DNA of 35,981 nt, taken from a virus. Lineage: Duplodnaviria > Heunggongvirae > Uroviricota > Caudoviricetes. This document shows positions 18,532-28,208 of the stretch, piece after piece (position 1 is the stretch's first letter; every line of letters begins with the position of its first letter). The stretch spans positions 1 through 35,981 of IMG/VR virus record IMGVR_UViG_2563366990_000012; one strand, 5' to 3'. The position numbers were made by a program, and so were the translations under genes. The notes under the pieces were generated by a model. That model made no database searches. It was given only the letters and a program-made list of their open reading frames with translations, and was not told the DNA's origin.

Positions 18532-18735
18532 TTACTCCCACAGATTGACAGTTTCAGCCACGGGCGCGGTCTGAACGTCGGGCAGTTCGACGGCGGTGCC
18601 GTGTGGCAGCACCGCACCCAGTTCAGCCAGTCCCGGATTTGCGGCGAGCACGGTCTCAACCACGCCCTCAGTGCGCCCGTAATACCGGACACAAATGGCG
18701 TCGAGCGTGTCGCCCTGTAGCGCAAAGGTCTTCAT
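18532..18735 (-). CDS. X: Tail protein gpX, 67 aa
   Basis: MKTFALQGDTLDAICVRYYGRTEG...; track ORF trimmed to the P2 X length. Confidence 0.85.
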   Translation of the reverse strand: MKTFALQGDTLDAICVRYYGRTEGVVETVLAANPGLAELGAVLPHGTAVELPDVQTAPVAETVNLWE

Positions 18736-19244
18736 CAGATTTGACTCACGATGCAGCGCGGCTTGTCCTGGATACGCGCCACCGCCCAGCGCATATCCCG
18801 CCACAGTTCATCAATGGTGCTGTCAATGCTGTCGGCCTTCTTGTCGCCTTTCGCACTGGCATCCACGCCGCGATAACGCTCATAAAGCGACGCGGTCGCC
18901 ATCGCACACACGGCGCGCTCGTAGTAAAAAACTTTGATGCTTTCACCGTCGATGTCGTCCGCCGGAACGTCCGCCAGACGCGTAAAACCGGCGGCAATTT
19001 TCTGTTCGCGGTACTCGTACAGCTCCGCATTCGTTTCAGCCATGCCTGACTTGATGGCCTCACGCAGACGGGCGGGGGCGACGGTCTGCTCAAGGCGCAT
19101 ACGTTCCCGGACGCGCTTCGGGTCGATATCGGGAAAAAAGAACGTGTTTTTAATCACCGGCTCGTCGCCTGCCGGTTGCGGGATGACCACCGTACCCTCA
19201 CCGGACACGGGAGCCTCCTTTCGCGGAATAATCAGCGTCATCAT
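18735..19244 (-). CDS. L: Head completion/stabilisation protein gpL, 169 aa
   Basis: Position and length match P2 L after trimming the track ORF. Confidence 0.85.
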   Translation of the reverse strand: MMTLIIPRKEAPVSGEGTVVIPQPAGDEPVIKNTFFFPDIDPKRVRERMRLEQTVAPARLREAIKSGMAETNAELYEYREQKIAAGFTRLADVPADDIDGESIKVFYYERAVCAMATASLYERYRGVDASAKGDKKADSIDSTIDELWRDMRWAVARIQDKPRCIVSQI

Positions 19245-19343
19245 GACTACCTCTGAAAAGTCGGGCGGTGGACGCCGGTGCAGTGTCAGGTAATTCACCG
19301 TCACTGACCGGCGTGCCGCCCTGGCGCGGGGCGCATTCGGTTG

Positions 19344-20087
19344 TTAACTGGCTTTCTTTTTCGGGCGTCCACGTTTTGCCGGTGTCACGCTCCGGGTCTT
19401 ACGCGGGACACGGGTGGCCGCTTTGGGCTGCGGCTCCGGCTTCGGTTTCAGCTCCCGCTCCAGTCGTTCAATCTCTTTTTTGACGCCTGCCTGACAGTCG
19501 AGCTGTGTCGCACGTTGCAGGTGAGCCAGCGCACCGGCGGCATCACCACCATCACGCAGAAACAGACCGGTGATTTTGTGCAGCTTTGCGCGCACTTCAT
19601 CAGGCATGTCAGCCGTGGCGGTCAGTTCAAGGGTCTCCGTCAGCAGGCGGATATCCACAGATTCACCGGCAGCGTGAGCGCGCATGGCCGCGAGTGCGAC
19701 CTCCTCGGTGAACATGTACGGCGGGGTGCGGCGGTGTTTACCCGGCATGGTCAGACCGTACTTCAGGGCATAACGGGCAATCTCCAGCGCACCGGCAATA
19801 TCGCCGGTATCCAGACGCCACAGCATGACCGTCATCAGAATGTCATCCTGTGCACCTTTGCCCTGCTCCAGCACACCGTTCACCCACGGCAACCAGAACG
19901 GCAGCAGCTCGCGCTTTTTCGCGGCCTTAAGCTCTTTTGAATAAATCGCTTTCAGTGTGCGCTGGTCTGCGGCCAGCTTAACCAGCATCTGCTCATAGAC
20001 AGTTGCATGTCGCAGCGGGGCGGCTTCCCGCTGCGCGGTCATCGCTGCCGAGACCCGCATCATGTGGCGCTGTGCGGGACTCGTCAT
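19344..20087 (-). CDS. M: Terminase small (endonuclease) subunit gpM, 247 aa
   Basis: Position and length match P2 M; basic C-terminus. Confidence 0.88.
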   Translation of the reverse strand: MTSPAQRHMMRVSAAMTAQREAAPLRHATVYEQMLVKLAADQRTLKAIYSKELKAAKKRELLPFWLPWVNGVLEQGKGAQDDILMTVMLWRLDTGDIAGALEIARYALKYGLTMPGKHRRTPPYMFTEEVALAAMRAHAAGESVDIRLLTETLELTATADMPDEVRAKLHKITGLFLRDGGDAAGALAHLQRATQLDCQAGVKKEIERLERELKPKPEPQPKAATRVPRKTRSVTPAKRGRPKKKAS

Positions 20088-20090
20088 CGG

Positions 20091-21164
20091 TTACGCTCCC
20101 GGCTCTGCGGTCGCCTTAGCCGGTGTGGAGAAATCACCGACCTTAATTTTTTCCACCAGACAACCGGCGGCGTAGTCTTCCACTACGTAATCAATGTTCA
20201 TTGACTCGTAGTTCTCCACGCGGTCGAGTTTCGGGTTTTCCACAATCACGCGGCGATGGCTGTCATCCATGTAGTAGATGGACAGGTTTTCCAGCTTCGT
20301 GATGAGCATCGCATCCGCCGGGAAGTACGGGACGCGTACCGCCGGCAGGTTACCGATGCGTTTCTGGCTGATGATGACGTCAGCGGCCAGCATTTCGCTG
20401 TTGTCCTGCTCCTTGTTAACGATGGGGAAATACTTGTCCGCCAGTAACTGACGTCCCACAATCACCACAAGGTCAGGGTCTTCCTGATACCACGGCTCAA
20501 TCAGGTTATTGGTCGCATCCATCACCAGTGCGTCAAGGCTGGCATAATCACCGCCCTTGCCCACGCGGATGACCTCAGAGGTGGTGTGCCCTTCCTCGTC
20601 AGTGACCTTGCTCATCACGCGCGCCGGAGCTTCATTGCGGTATTTCTGCAGCCAGCCGACTGCCACATCCTGCAGCATCGGATTGCTGCTGCGGTCAGAG
20701 GTTTCGGCACGCTTCACGCCGTTAAAACCGGCCATGATGAAATCAAGGGACTGGCGTTTGATAATGGCGTTACGGATACGGAGCTGGAAATCCTGATAAC
20801 GCGCCCACAGGTCCAGCGTTTTGTAGCGGATATAAAAATCGAAGTTAATCTGGTCGCATTCGTACTTGTTGGACGCCAGCTTCGAGAAGTCCTTCGGCTG
20901 ACGCTCGGTGCCACCGGCGGTGTCGGTGGTGCTGGCAATGGAGCCGGTGACACCGATGCCAATTTTTTCCCCTTTCATTTCGCTGACCGGCACAATGTTG
21001 ATGCGGGTCAGAAAGTCAGAGGACTCCTGCATGGTGTTCATCAGGGTCTGGGTGACCGACGGTTCAACGGTGAATTTTTTCGACACATCACCGGCGTCGA
21101 TGCCGTTCAGTTCGGCAACACGGGACAGGTAGGCATTAAATTTAAAGCGGGTTTCCTGGCGCAT
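20091..21164 (-). CDS. N: Major capsid protein gpN, 357 aa
   Basis: Position and length match P2 N. Confidence 0.92.
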   Translation of the reverse strand: MRQETRFKFNAYLSRVAELNGIDAGDVSKKFTVEPSVTQTLMNTMQESSDFLTRINIVPVSEMKGEKIGIGVTGSIASTTDTAGGTERQPKDFSKLASNKYECDQINFDFYIRYKTLDLWARYQDFQLRIRNAIIKRQSLDFIMAGFNGVKRAETSDRSSNPMLQDVAVGWLQKYRNEAPARVMSKVTDEEGHTTSEVIRVGKGGDYASLDALVMDATNNLIEPWYQEDPDLVVIVGRQLLADKYFPIVNKEQDNSEMLAADVIISQKRIGNLPAVRVPYFPADAMLITKLENLSIYYMDDSHRRVIVENPKLDRVENYESMNIDYVVEDYAAGCLVEKIKVGDFSTPAKATAEPGA

Positions 21165-21222
21165 AGTTTTTCCTGAAATTAAGGGTTAATCGTGAAGGTT
21201 TTCCCGGACTGACTGACGCCGG

Positions 21223-22077
21223 TCAGCAGTTCGTCATCAGGGCGTCACCGCCACCACCGGTGGCCTTGCTGCGGCGCTGCTGGGTCAGACTTTCGGTGTG
21301 GTCGAGACTGTTTTTCAGGCGGGTGAATGCCTGGCTGGTTTCATCCGCCCTGTCAGTCACCTCCTGCTTAAGTGCGGAAAAGGCGGTTTCCATCTCAGCG
21401 AGGCGCTGCTCAGTGGCGCTCAGTTTTTCCTGCACATGTTCAGCAACAGCGGTCACCGCGTCATGCACGTCATTCAGACGGGCATCATCGCTGGCCTGTT
21501 TGCGGCCAAAAATGGACTTCACCTTTTCGGTCAGGGCGGTGAACACGGTTTCAGGCAGGTCTTCAAATTCCAGCTCAACAGGCGTTGCCACTGAAATCAG
21601 GTTTTCAGGGCTTAATTTGAAGCGGTTCAGAGGGTTGTGTTTTGCCGTGCGGCAGAATTCCAGGTATTCCGTGCCGAGGCTTGCCGGGTCATCGGTGACG
21701 GCCAGCCCCACCAGATAACATTTGCCGGTGTTGGCAAAGTTCGGCTGAATTTCCATTGAGGTATAGACCTTCTGCGCGGCCTTGTTCATCGCGATAAGGT
21801 CATCGGTCGGGGTGATTTTCGCAAACAGCGCCCATTTGCCTTTCAGCGCCGAATCATCGTCAATCTTTTCGGCCTTCAGTTCGACCACATCACCATAACG
21901 TTTAAAAATACCGTCAGGCAGGATGCCGCGCAGATGTTCCAGGTTAATACGGCAACCATAGACACGCGGGTCAAAGGTTTCGGCCATTTCCTGAATATCC
22001 TGCGCACTGATGACACGCCCGTCACAGGTGTCACCCTCAACGCCGATACGAAAGAATTTTGAGACTTTTTTTGCCAT
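21223..22077 (-). CDS. O: Capsid scaffolding protein/protease gpO, 284 aa
   Basis: MAKKVSKFFRIGVEGDTCDGR...; track ORF trimmed to the P2 O length. Confidence 0.88.
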   Translation of the reverse strand: MAKKVSKFFRIGVEGDTCDGRVISAQDIQEMAETFDPRVYGCRINLEHLRGILPDGIFKRYGDVVELKAEKIDDDSALKGKWALFAKITPTDDLIAMNKAAQKVYTSMEIQPNFANTGKCYLVGLAVTDDPASLGTEYLEFCRTAKHNPLNRFKLSPENLISVATPVELEFEDLPETVFTALTEKVKSIFGRKQASDDARLNDVHDAVTAVAEHVQEKLSATEQRLAEMETAFSALKQEVTDRADETSQAFTRLKNSLDHTESLTQQRRSKATGGGGDALMTNC

Positions 22078-22250
22078 TGTCAGGAGTCCTGAATAGTGAT
22101 TAGAGGAGTCACATGTCGGCATCAGTTTCCCGACGATGCGCATCCTCCGCCATCAGTCCCGGATGGCTTATCACTGACACAACAGCACCTTAGCGAATCG
22201 CGGGACGCGACTCAGTAGCCTTGCCGTGTATTTATCACGGCGAGGTATTC
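22078..22250. promoter_or_regulatory. Divergent late promoter region (PO leftward for O-N-M-L-X-lysis-R-S; PP rightward for P-Q), expected Ogr-dependent
   Basis: Intergenic region between divergent O and P genes; assignment from P2 organisation. I did not identify an exact TGT-N12-ACA Ogr element. Confidence 0.5.
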
Positions 22251-24023
22251 ATGACCATCACCACAGACACCACTCTTTTACACGACCCGCGTCGTCAGGC
22301 GGCGCTGCTGTACTGGCAGGGATTTTCCGTGCCGCAGATTGCCGCCATGTTGCAGATGAAACGCCCGACGGTGCAGAGCTGGAAACAGCGCGACGGCTGG
22401 GACAGCGTTGCCCCCATCAGCCGTGTCGAAATGAGTCTGGAAGCGCGGCTGACCCAGCTCATCATCAAACCGCAGAAAACCGGCGGGGACTTCAAGGAAA
22501 TTGACCTGCTGGGACGCCAGATTGAACGACTGGCACGGGTCAACCGTTACAGCCAGACCGGCAACGAGGCAGACCTTAATCCGAACATTGCTAACCGCAA
22601 CAAAGGTGGGCGTCGCAAACCGAAAAAGAATTTTTTCAGTGACGAAGCCATCGAAAAGCTGGAGCAGATTTTCTTTGAGCAGTCTTTCGACTATCAGTTG
22701 CACTGGTATCGCGCCGGGCTTGAGCACCGCATCCGCGATATCCTGAAATCCCGCCAGATTGGCGCGACGTTTTATTTTTCCCGCGAGGCGCTGCTGCGCG
22801 CCCTGAAAACCGGTCATAACCAGATTTTTCTGTCGGCCAGTAAAACGCAGGCGTATGTGTTCCGCGAATACATCATCGCCTTTGCCCGGCTGGTTGACGT
22901 TGACCTGACCGGTGACCCGATTGTCCTGGGCAATAACGGCGCAAAACTGATTTTTCTCGGCACCAACTCCAACACCGCACAGAGCCATAACGGCGACCTG
23001 TACGTCGACGAGATTTTCTGGATCCCGAATTTTCAGGTACTGCGTAAGGTGGCATCAGGTATGGCCTCACAGAGTCACCTGCGTTCGACCTATTTCTCCA
23101 CCCCGTCCACGCTGGCGCACGACGCCTACCCGTTCTGGTCGGGTGAACTGTTTAACCGGGGACGCGCCAGCGCCGCCGAACGCGTGGAAATCGACGTCAG
23201 TCATAACGCCCTTGCCGGTGGACTTCTCTGTGCGGACGGCCAGTGGCGGCAGATTGTCACCATTGAGGACGCCCTGAAAGGCGGCTGCACGCTGTTCGAC
23301 ATTGAGCAGCTCAAACGCGAAAACAGCGCCGACGATTTTAAAAACCTGTTCATGTGTGAATTTGTTGACGACAAGGCGTCGGTGTTCCCGTTCGAGGAGC
23401 TGCAACGCTGCATGGTCGACACGCTGGAAGAATGGGAAGACTATGCGCCGTTTGCCGCGAATCCGTTCGGCTCCCGCCCGGTATGGATTGGTTACGACCC
23501 GTCACACCGTGGCGACAGCGCCGGATGCGTGGTACTGGCACCGCCGGTGGTGGCCGGTGGCAAATTCAGAATACTTGAGCGTCACCAGTGGAAAGGCATG
23601 GACTTTGCCACTCAGGCTGAATCCATCCGCAAACTCACCGAGAAATACAACGTCGAATACATCGGTATTGATGCCACCGGCCTCGGTGTCGGCGTGTTCC
23701 AGCTCGTGCGCTCGTTCTATCCCGCCGCACGCGACATCCGCTACACGCCGGAAATGAAAACCGCAATGGTGCTCAAGGCAAAAGACGTCATCCGCCGTGG
23801 CTGTCTGGAATATGACGTCAGCGCCACCGACATCACCAGCTCGTTTATGGCTATCCGCAAGACCATGACCAGCAGCGGACGCAGCGCCACCTATGAGGCC
23901 AGCCGCAGCGAGGAAGCCAGCCACGCCGACCTCGCCTGGGCGACCATGCACGCCCTGTTAAATGAGCCACTCACCGCCGGTATCAGCACCCCGCTGACAT
24001 CCACCATTCTGGAGTTTTACTGA
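22251..24023 (+). CDS. P: Terminase large (ATPase) subunit gpP, 590 aa
   Basis: MTITTDTTLLHDPRRQAALLYWQGFSV...; track ORF trimmed by 10 codons to the P2 P length. Confidence 0.92.
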   Translation: MTITTDTTLLHDPRRQAALLYWQGFSVPQIAAMLQMKRPTVQSWKQRDGWDSVAPISRVEMSLEARLTQLIIKPQKTGGDFKEIDLLGRQIERLARVNRYSQTGNEADLNPNIANRNKGGRRKPKKNFFSDEAIEKLEQIFFEQSFDYQLHWYRAGLEHRIRDILKSRQIGATFYFSREALLRALKTGHNQIFLSASKTQAYVFREYIIAFARLVDVDLTGDPIVLGNNGAKLIFLGTNSNTAQSHNGDLYVDEIFWIPNFQVLRKVASGMASQSHLRSTYFSTPSTLAHDAYPFWSGELFNRGRASAAERVEIDVSHNALAGGLLCADGQWRQIVTIEDALKGGCTLFDIEQLKRENSADDFKNLFMCEFVDDKASVFPFEELQRCMVDTLEEWEDYAPFAANPFGSRPVWIGYDPSHRGDSAGCVVLAPPVVAGGKFRILERHQWKGMDFATQAESIRKLTEKYNVEYIGIDATGLGVGVFQLVRSFYPAARDIRYTPEMKTAMVLKAKDVIRRGCLEYDVSATDITSSFMAIRKTMTSSGRSATYEASRSEEASHADLAWATMHALLNEPLTAGISTPLTSTILEFY

Positions 24024-25057
24024 TGAGCAAGAAAAAAGGGAAAACACCGCGACCAGCGGCAAAAACAATGACCGCCAGCGCCCCGAAAATGGAGGCATTC
24101 ACCTTTGGTGAGCCGGTGCCGGTACTCGACCGCCGTGACATTCTGGATTACGTCGAGTGCATCAGTAACGGCAGATGGTATGAGCCACCGGTCAGCTTTA
24201 CCGGTCTGGCAAAAAGCCTGCGTGCTGCCGTGCATCACAGCTCACCGATTTACGTCAAACGCAATATTCTGGCCTCAACATTTATCCCGCATCCGTGGCT
24301 TTCGCAACAGGATTTCAGCCGCTTTGTGCTGGATTTTCTGGTGTTCGGTAATGCGTTTCTGGAAAAGCGCTACAGCACCACCGGTAAGGTCATCAGACTG
24401 GAAACATCACCGGCAAAATATACCCGCCGTGGTGTTGAGGAGGATGTTTACTGGTGGGTGCCGTCCTTCAACGAGCCGACACCTTTCGCGCCCGGCTCCG
24501 TGTTTCACCTGCTGGAGCCGGATATTAATCAGGAGCTGTACGGCCTGCCGGAATATCTCAGCGCCCTTAACTCTGCCTGGCTGAATGAGTCGGCCACGCT
24601 GTTCCGCCGCAAGTATTACGAAAACGGCGCGCATGCCGGATACATCATGTACGTCACCGATGCCGTGCAGGATCGCAACGATATCGAAATGCTTCGCGAA
24701 AACATGGTGAAGTCGAAAGGCCGCAATAACTTTAAAAATCTGTTTCTCTATGCCCCACAGGGGAAAGCCGACGGCATTAAAATTATCCCGCTCAGTGAAG
24801 TGGCAACGAAGGACGATTTTTTTAATATCAAAAAAGCCAGCGCCGCTGACCTGCTGGACGCGCACCGCATCCCCTTTCAGTTGATGGGCGGCAAGCCGGA
24901 GAACGTCGGGTCGCTGGGTGATATTGAGAAAGTGGCAAAGGTCTTTGTCCGCAATGAGCTTATCCCGTTACAGGACAGGATCCGCGAGATAAACGGCTGG
25001 CTCGGTCAGGAGGTCATCCGCTTTAAAAACTACTCACTGGACACTGACAACGACTGA
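24023..25057 (+). CDS. Q: Portal (capsid vertex) protein gpQ, 344 aa
   Basis: Start overlaps the P stop (ATGA); length equals P2 Q. Confidence 0.92.
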   Translation: MSKKKGKTPRPAAKTMTASAPKMEAFTFGEPVPVLDRRDILDYVECISNGRWYEPPVSFTGLAKSLRAAVHHSSPIYVKRNILASTFIPHPWLSQQDFSRFVLDFLVFGNAFLEKRYSTTGKVIRLETSPAKYTRRGVEEDVYWWVPSFNEPTPFAPGSVFHLLEPDINQELYGLPEYLSALNSAWLNESATLFRRKYYENGAHAGYIMYVTDAVQDRNDIEMLRENMVKSKGRNNFKNLFLYAPQGKADGIKIIPLSEVATKDDFFNIKKASAADLLDAHRIPFQLMGGKPENVGSLGDIEKVAKVFVRNELIPLQDRIREINGWLGQEVIRFKNYSLDTDND

Positions 25058-25062
25058 ACATC

Positions 25063-25084
25063 GCCGCCTGCGGGCGGCTTTTTT
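25063..25084 (+). terminator. Rho-independent terminator after Q
   Basis: Hairpin GCCGCCTGCGGGCGGC followed by TTTTTT. Confidence 0.75.
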
Positions 25085-25226
25085 ACACCCCGTCATCACG
25101 CCCTCACACGCTCACCACCGCACAAAACACCCCGCAGACACACCAACGCCTCAACGGGCAGACTAAGCGCCGTCACGACGCGCTCAGACGCTGAAAAAAT
25201 AAAATCAGCACCACCGCCAGCGCGCA

Positions 25227-25245
25227 GTGCTTTCCCCGCCTCGCC
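25227..25245. other. P2-type cos site (19-nt cohesive end sequence GGCGAGGCGGGGAAAGCAC, present here as its reverse complement)
   Basis: Exact match to the P2 cohesive end as I recall it, in the expected place between the Q-proximal end and the old/tin-position cargo. Confidence 0.8.
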
Positions 25246-25392
25246 CGCCCGCTTCATGCAGGGCTTTAAATGCAGTGCAGCAGTAATGGTTAGAATGCGC
25301 CAGCACTGATGTTAGATACCAGAACTGGCATTTAAAAATGAATGCAAATAAATGCACCAAACTAATTACTTACTGACAAAAAATAAGTAAAA

Positions 25393-26277
25393 TCAGGCGC
25401 AAGTTGGCATTGAGACCCCTTTCAGGGTATTAGGAATAATTATTTCAGGAGAAAAAATCATCACTTCCTCTCCAGATTTTTTGAGATGCGCTGTATATTG
25501 CAATGAATACTCAACTTGCGGAAATCCATTATAAATATCTTTAATTTCCTTAGCGTTATCATAAGAAACAAGCCAATTTGGGAAATTAATTTCTGTGAGT
25601 TTCTTCATAACCAATACATGGTCATCATGCTCATAAAAATTCCTGTAAAGCCCTTGCCCTTTAATATAGTAAGGAGGATCCAAATACAAAAGAATTTTAT
25701 TTTTATCCACCTTTCCCATATTATCCATAAAATTCAAGGCATCAAGAAAATCCAAAGCATCCAGATTAGTTACTACTATTCTTTGATTATAATTTGCTAT
25801 CTTCTCAATTCTTGAAATTAAATCCGCCCTGTTAAAGCGAACATCCATTTTCCATTTTCCATTTTGTGATTTCCCGCCTATAACCCCCGCCTTGAGAATA
25901 CCTGAACGATTTGTTCTATTTAAGAAAAACGCAGCAAAGCCAACCTCAAGCTTAGTAAACTCAGAAGGATTCGAAATAACATAGCGATGAAAAGACCATT
26001 CATCCATATCTATCTTTGCTCGGCTAATAAGTCGGCAAAGCTCATCAGTATCACTAACAACAGATGACCAAAAAGAATAAACAGCAAAATCTGCATCATT
26101 TATATAGATTTTACGGACATACTCTTCCAATAATAATTCTAAAGCCACCCCTGCACCACCAGCGTAAGGTTCTGCATATGCTCCATCATTCAACGAGTTT
26201 TTTTCAATAACATCTTTTAAAAAGTAAGATAACTTACCTTTCCCGCCGGGGTATCTTAATGGAGTATAAAATTTCAT
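25393..26277 (-). CDS. Dam-family (alpha-class, D12-like) N6-adenine DNA methyltransferase, 294 aa
   Basis: N-terminal PLRYPGGK and SAM-binding EPYAGGAGV motifs, catalytic DPPY (LLYLDPPYYIKG) near the C-terminus; GAGG 6 nt upstream of ATG; about 33% GC. Confidence 0.85.
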   Translation of the reverse strand: MKFYTPLRYPGGKGKLSYFLKDVIEKNSLNDGAYAEPYAGGAGVALELLLEEYVRKIYINDADFAVYSFWSSVVSDTDELCRLISRAKIDMDEWSFHRYVISNPSEFTKLEVGFAAFFLNRTNRSGILKAGVIGGKSQNGKWKMDVRFNRADLISRIEKIANYNQRIVVTNLDALDFLDALNFMDNMGKVDKNKILLYLDPPYYIKGQGLYRNFYEHDDHVLVMKKLTEINFPNWLVSYDNAKEIKDIYNGFPQVEYSLQYTAHLKKSGEEVMIFSPEIIIPNTLKGVSMPTCA

Positions 26278-26314
26278 AAATCCCTCTCATTCCTGATTTT
26301 GTAGTTTATCAGTT

Positions 26315-26332
26315 TCTGGACATCCATGTCCA
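26315..26332. promoter_or_regulatory. Perfect palindrome CTGGACAT-CC-ATGTCCAG between the ParB-like gene and the methyltransferase gene
   Basis: 8-bp arms and 2-bp centre in the 70-bp intergenic spacer; candidate operator or attenuator hairpin. Confidence 0.5.
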
Positions 26333-26346
26333 GATGTAGACAAATC

Positions 26347-27852
26347 TCACTCACTCCAAATAAGGCTTAATAACAACTCAAAGTTATCCCACTCAGTGTT
26401 GACAGCCTCTTTTGAGGGAATTAAGTGTGGGTTATGTACATACTGCTGCAATGAACCATCATGTTTAGTTATTTGGCTCGAGAAAGTTATTACAGCCGTA
26501 CATTGACTCCCCGTCATCTTTTTATTTTCCCGAAGGAAATTAGCACACATTTTAACCTTATCATGAAGCCCTGGAGTTCTATGTGGTTCCTTAAATTGTA
26601 ACTTGTTTTCTTCAACAAAAGTGCTTACAGAGAGATCTATAAATATTCTCAACAATATTGAGATAGCATTAGGGGTGTTATCAAATGTCAGATGCGACTT
26701 AAGCTCATTAAATATTCTAGAGCATTTCTTATGCCCTCTAAAATTAAATTTCACATAAGATGGCACCAACACATTACGATCTACTTTAGGAGGAGTTTTT
26801 CCCTTGTTTTTATTCTGTTCCGTACCCGAAACTTTAGATTTACTCTCTTCTGTGCCTACATGTCTAGAATAATCATCTTCCTGTTTATCCACACCTGTAT
26901 TCTTTAAGGCATCACCTTCTGAAAGACCTACTTTCTTTACACTCACAGATGCATCATTTTTGTCAATAGAATCATGTTTTTTCTCTGTAAGAAAAGATTT
27001 AGGCTCCAGTAAACTCCACGGCTTATCTAAAAGAGATTCTGAAGGTTTTATTTTTTGTTCAATAATAAATGTAACCCTGTCATCTTGGCTACGAATCCTA
27101 TTAACAGTAAAACAAGCCTTACCTTTATCATCCTCTTCAATCATTACATCTAAAATATTTTTTAATTGTGCACAAAAACGTTCATAAGGCTGATATGAGT
27201 ATAGAACTCCATTAATGCTTTTTAAATTAAAATAATCCCTCACCTTTAAATCACCAAAAAGACGCGTGATGTTTGTGATTTTTAAAAGTCTTTTTTTAGC
27301 AATTATCTCTTTATATAAATCAGTATTGAACTCTATAAATGTAAGTATTTGATTACCAAATGACTGCTTACCCATCCTAGCCAGATGTCGTGCTTTTTCT
27401 GTTGCAGTCCATTCAACTCTTCCAACTCCAGCATTTTGACCAGTATGCTTTAAATTGACCCAATGCTCATATTCATCATCGTCAAAAAGAACGCAGTTAT
27501 CTATAACATTAATATCTTTAAGCTGAGTAATCTTAAGTTTTTCAAAAGCTTTCCGTGCTTTTTCTGTTGGTGCAAGTCTAGGAGAGTGTAAAAGTTTAAG
27601 GGCTGTAACTCGACGATTACCTTCAGCAACGACGAAAAACCCAGATTCCTCTTCACTAGGATAAACTAATATGTTTTCAGACGGATCTAAACCTTTCGAA
27701 GCAATATCTTTAGCCAAGCGATAAATGCGGTCGTACTGCAAGTCAAGCATCTTGGCAATAGCATCACGCTGATTTTCTGCTGACGTCGGGAAACGAGGGT
27801 TATCAACATCCAAAAGTAACTTATTGATATTCATTGATTTTAGTTGATTCAT
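26347..27852 (-). CDS. ParB/Sulfiredoxin-like domain protein with a large uncharacterised C-terminal region, ~501 aa
   Basis: N-terminal ParB-like motif (LLDVDNPRFP ... FFVVAEGNRRVTALKLL), Lys/Glu-rich low-complexity linker, about 170-aa C-terminal domain. Start placed at MNQLKS, 7 nt after AGAGGA; the ORF could start up to 27921. Confidence 0.7.
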   Translation of the reverse strand: MNQLKSMNINKLLLDVDNPRFPTSAENQRDAIAKMLDLQYDRIYRLAKDIASKGLDPSENILVYPSEEESGFFVVAEGNRRVTALKLLHSPRLAPTEKARKAFEKLKITQLKDINVIDNCVLFDDDEYEHWVNLKHTGQNAGVGRVEWTATEKARHLARMGKQSFGNQILTFIEFNTDLYKEIIAKKRLLKITNITRLFGDLKVRDYFNLKSINGVLYSYQPYERFCAQLKNILDVMIEEDDKGKACFTVNRIRSQDDRVTFIIEQKIKPSESLLDKPWSLLEPKSFLTEKKHDSIDKNDASVSVKKVGLSEGDALKNTGVDKQEDDYSRHVGTEESKSKVSGTEQNKNKGKTPPKVDRNVLVPSYVKFNFRGHKKCSRIFNELKSHLTFDNTPNAISILLRIFIDLSVSTFVEENKLQFKEPHRTPGLHDKVKMCANFLRENKKMTGSQCTAVITFSSQITKHDGSLQQYVHNPHLIPSKEAVNTEWDNFELLLSLIWSE

Positions 27853-27873
27853 CAACATATCCTCTGTTGAATC

Positions 27874-27906
27874 TTTATGATAAAAATTAATTATTTTTAT
27901 CATAAA
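27874..27906. promoter_or_regulatory. 33-bp inverted repeat (13-bp perfect arms TTTATGATAAAAA / TTTTTATCATAAA) in the 5' leader of the ParB-like gene
   Basis: Read directly from the sequence; centred about 35 bp upstream of the preferred start codon. Confidence 0.55.
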
Positions 27907-28208
27907 TGATAGCGTAAACATAGTCTTATGAACGACATCAGCCCTGAAGCTTCAAAACTATCATTTACGTTTGCGAGGCACCATCTATCACATTGATTTA
28001 TAATAAGTATCTTTATCTTCACTGCATTGCTCTCAAAAAATCACATAGATGGAAATTCCCCGTTGACACACTCCCAAGTGATGCAGATACATTTCAAGTG
28101 CTTCATACACATGATAACGGCTATCCCCCTAAATTCTGTGCGTTTCTTTTCCCTCCAGCACAAGGTTGAAATATCTTGCGTGCAGCTTTACTTTGTGAAT
28201 CTTTGTCA

